Positions 61,437 to 64,000 of a DNA stretch of 64,000 nt are shown one piece after another. Location: positions 32,001 to 96,000 of the forward strand of contig JBCCHT010000004.1 in NCBI GenBank assembly GCA_039028615.1. Direction: 5' to 3'. Origin of the DNA: Myxococcota bacterium (GTDB lineage Bacteria; Myxococcota_A; Polyangia; Nannocystales; Nannocystaceae). Position 1 is the stretch's first letter. Each line of letters opens with the position of its first letter. The notes under the pieces are model-generated. The model searched no databases. It was not told the origin of the DNA and saw only the letters and a list, made by a program, of their open reading frames with translations. The translations under genes were made by a program, and so were the position numbers.

Positions 61437-62438
61437 ATGGGCCATCGCATTCTTCACGTCCCGTCCATCGCTGCCCTCTGCGCGTTCGCTCTAACCGCCT
61501 GTGGGGGTGCCTCACCCGCCGGCACTACCTTTGGGGATGGCAGTAGCGGCCAGGTCGGCGACAGCGGCGAGCCGACGCCGAATACGGACGACGGCACCAA
61601 TGAAGACGACGATTCCGGGATGGCGGATGGCTCCGAAGACACGGGCGAGGAGACCGGACAGCAAAGCGCCGACTGCAGCTTTGGCCAACAGATTTCCGGG
61701 GGCGGTACCGCAGCCGGGTTCACCACCCTCGATATCAGCATCGGCAGCGATCAATACAAGGTGCAGACCAACCCCTGGGGTGGTGCGACGCAGACCATCA
61801 CCGCAGGCGGGGGGAAGGTGTTCTCCATCGATTCCATCACGCACCCGCCGGGCGGCAACGACTGGGACGTCCATACCTTCCCCTCGGTCTACAAGGGCAC
61901 GGCCTACGGTGGAGAGCCCACCACCGGGAGCGGCCTGCCCATCGCGGTGTCCGACATCAGCAGCGTGTGCACCGGGATGCGAACCAACGCGATCGGCAAC
62001 TCCTATTCGGGCAACGCCACCTATGACGTCTACTTCACCCACGACCAGAACTACGCGGGTGGCCCCCCCGACACCTACTTGATGGTCTGGTACGTCGCCA
62101 AGAGCCTCAACCCGATCAACTCGCCCGGAGAAGGCTGGGACTGCGCCGCCAACCCGCCCACGTTCATCGGCGCGTGCTCGGGCGCAGGCGACGTCATGAT
62201 CAACGGCCAGCGCTTCTATCGTTTCCGCGGTCCCAACGGCAACGCCGAGGTCATCAGCTATGTCCCCGACTCCGCGATGCACGAGTGGGAGTTCGACCTC
62301 AACGACTTCATCCAAGACGCGATCAGCGTCGGCGCCGTCACCCCGGGGATGTACCTCCAGAGCATCCAGGGCGGTCTCGAGGTCGCCGATGGCGGCAACG
62401 GCCTGATGATCGAGGACTTCTACGCCAACGTGGAATAG
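61437..62438 (+). CDS. Glycoside hydrolase family 12-like lipoprotein (nucleophile Glu apparently replaced)
   Basis: Lipobox [50 protein letters not shown]. Confidence 0.78.
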   Translation: MGHRILHVPSIAALCAFALTACGGASPAGTTFGDGSSGQVGDSGEPTPNTDDGTNEDDDSGMADGSEDTGEETGQQSADCSFGQQISGGGTAAGFTTLDISIGSDQYKVQTNPWGGATQTITAGGGKVFSIDSITHPPGGNDWDVHTFPSVYKGTAYGGEPTTGSGLPIAVSDISSVCTGMRTNAIGNSYSGNATYDVYFTHDQNYAGGPPDTYLMVWYVAKSLNPINSPGEGWDCAANPPTFIGACSGAGDVMINGQRFYRFRGPNGNAEVISYVPDSAMHEWEFDLNDFIQDAISVGAVTPGMYLQSIQGGLEVADGGNGLMIEDFYANVE

Positions 62439-62460
62439 TCGCCCGCGATCGCGCGCCAAG

Positions 62461-62490
62461 AGGCCGAGCCGTGCTCCACGGCTCGGCCTT
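62461..62490 (+). terminator. Terminator-like hairpin
   Basis: Perfect 13-bp stem AGGCCGAGCCGTG-ctc-CACGGCTCGGCCT. Confidence 0.6.
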
Positions 62491-62560
62491 CGTGCGTCTG
62501 GCGGCCCGTAGCCGAGTTTGCGGGCGCGGCCGACGAATGCCGCTATCCTTGCCCGCGCCC

Positions 62561-63553
62561 GTGTCCGCCGACCCTTCCCCCCACGAGGACCGCGTCCAGG
62601 CGATGGCCATCGAAGCCACCCGCGCCGAGGCGGTCGTCTCGACCGAGGTGGTGCAGAGCCTGTGGAGCGGCTACGGCCAGATCGTCCGCTGCCACCTTCG
62701 CGGTGCGCCCCGACCGAGCGTGATCGTCAAGCATGTGAAGTGGCCGTCCGAGCAGGACCACCCGCGAGGCTGGAGCACCAACCGCTCGCATGAGCGCAAG
62801 GTGAAGTCGTATCAGGTCGAGACGGCGTGGTACCGCGACTACGCCGGCCGCTGCTCGGATGCGTGCCGCGTCCCGCAGTACCTCAGGGCGCAGACGCTCG
62901 GCGACGAAGTGTTCATGGTGCTCGAGGACCTCGACGCCTCGGGTTTCGGCGCCCGTCGACGCCACGTGAGCGCAGCGGAGATCGAGGCGTGCCTGAGCTG
63001 GCTCGCCCACTTCCACGCCACGTTCATGGGCGCGGCCCCGCGAGGCCTGTGGGACACGGGGACCTACTGGCACCTGCAGACGCGTCCCGACGAGCTCGCC
63101 GCGCTGCCCGAGGGCCCGCTCAAGGCCGCTGCCGCCACGCTCGACCAACGCTTGAGCGATAGCCCCTTCCAGACCTTCGTGCACGGCGATGCCAAGCTCG
63201 CGAACTTCTGCTTCTCACCCGACGGGCGCCGCGTGGCCGCCGTGGACTTCCAGTACGTCGGAGGCGGATGCGGGATGAAGGACGTGGCCTACTTCATCAG
63301 TAGCTGCCTCGACGAAGACGAGAGCGAGCGGCAGGAGCAGAGCTTGCTCGACCTGTACTTCGAGCGACTCCACGGCGCCCTGGCCCGGATCGGCTCCGAC
63401 GTCGACTTCGACGCCCTGCATCGCGACTGGCGGGCGCTGTATCCCGTAGCGTGGACCGACTTCTATCGATTCCTGCAGGGCTGGAGCCCGGGCCACTGGA
63501 AGATTCACCGCTACAGCGAGCAGCTCGCTCGCGAAGTGCTCGAGGGTCTATGA
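62561..63553 (+). CDS. APH/choline-kinase-like (EcKL-type) phosphotransferase
   Basis: [36 protein letters not shown]. Start uncertain. Confidence 0.82.
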   Translation: MSADPSPHEDRVQAMAIEATRAEAVVSTEVVQSLWSGYGQIVRCHLRGAPRPSVIVKHVKWPSEQDHPRGWSTNRSHERKVKSYQVETAWYRDYAGRCSDACRVPQYLRAQTLGDEVFMVLEDLDASGFGARRRHVSAAEIEACLSWLAHFHATFMGAAPRGLWDTGTYWHLQTRPDELAALPEGPLKAAAATLDQRLSDSPFQTFVHGDAKLANFCFSPDGRRVAAVDFQYVGGGCGMKDVAYFISSCLDEDESERQEQSLLDLYFERLHGALARIGSDVDFDALHRDWRALYPVAWTDFYRFLQGWSPGHWKIHRYSEQLAREVLEGL

Positions 63554-64000
63554 CGCTGACGGAAACCGATCTGCAGGCCTTGGCCCAGGTGGCCGCCGAT
63601 GCGGCGCGGCAGGCCGGCCGCTATATCGCGACCGCGCGCCCCGAGACGGTGATGCACAAGCCCGACATCGGGAGCCCGGCCGCGCAGGTGGTCACGGAGG
63701 TCGATCAGCGCAGCCAAGACATCATCGTCGGGCTTCTGACGCCGACGCTCGCACGCTACGACTTGGCCCTGCTGACCGAGGAGACCCCGGACGACGGAGT
63801 GCGCCACACCAAGGACTACTTCTGGTGCGTCGATCCGCTGGACGGCACCTTGCCCTTCATCGAGGCGACACCGGGCTACTCGGTCTCGATCGCGCTCGTG
63901 GCTCACGATGGCACGCCGCAGATCGGAGCGATCGTCGATCCGGTCACGGGCACCGAGTACCTGGCGATCCGCGGCCAGGGCTCGTTCCGCGACGGACAGC
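63550..64000 (+). CDS. Inositol monophosphatase/CysQ family phosphatase (3' partial; not in ORF track)
   Basis: Hand translation from ATG 63550 (ATGA overlap): MTLTETDL...VVTEVD...LTEE...[10 protein letters not shown]...YSVSIAL. Confidence 0.9.
   Translation, partial: MTLTETDLQALAQVAADAARQAGRYIATARPETVMHKPDIGSPAAQVVTEVDQRSQDIIVGLLTPTLARYDLALLTEETPDDGVRHTKDYFWCVDPLDGTLPFIEATPGYSVSIALVAHDGTPQIGAIVDPVTGTEYLAIRGQGSFRDGQ

Overview
GC-rich bacterial chromosome segment. The gene content (TPR-tailed Ser/Thr kinases, a Myxococcales-type sigma-70 factor, an MXAN_5808-like S41 peptidase, about 13 lipoproteins with acidic low-complexity linkers) points to a myxobacterium, probably Nannocystaceae-like (inference). 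It holds about 50 genes and one tRNA-Lys(CTT); I found no integrase, transposase, rRNA or CRISPR-Cas. The most striking region is 34.7-53.3 kb, a candidate uncharacterised isoprenoid-tailoring cluster. A trans-prenyl diphosphate synthase is transcribed divergently from a translationally coupled six-gene operon: three unknown proteins, a CrtC/tocopherol-cyclase-like protein, an SCP2-like lipid carrier and a roughly 900-aa desaturase-like flavoprotein. A second, inverted paralog of that flavoprotein lies on the other arm. Both copies carry a roughly 215-aa insertion. The cluster is surrounded by two class A flavin monooxygenases, an epoxide hydrolase and three regulators, and no recognisable terpene synthase or prenyltransferase is present. 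Other notable items are a WGR-like/LRR gene split by a single in-frame TAG, a sigma-54 promoter with palindromic upstream sites in front of a protease plus unknown secreted protein pair, a 33-bp-period direct-repeat array, a stand-alone EF-Tu domain II protein next to yjgA, and several enzymes lacking canonical catalytic residues. All family calls come from motif recognition by eye, not database searches, and start codons are best guesses.
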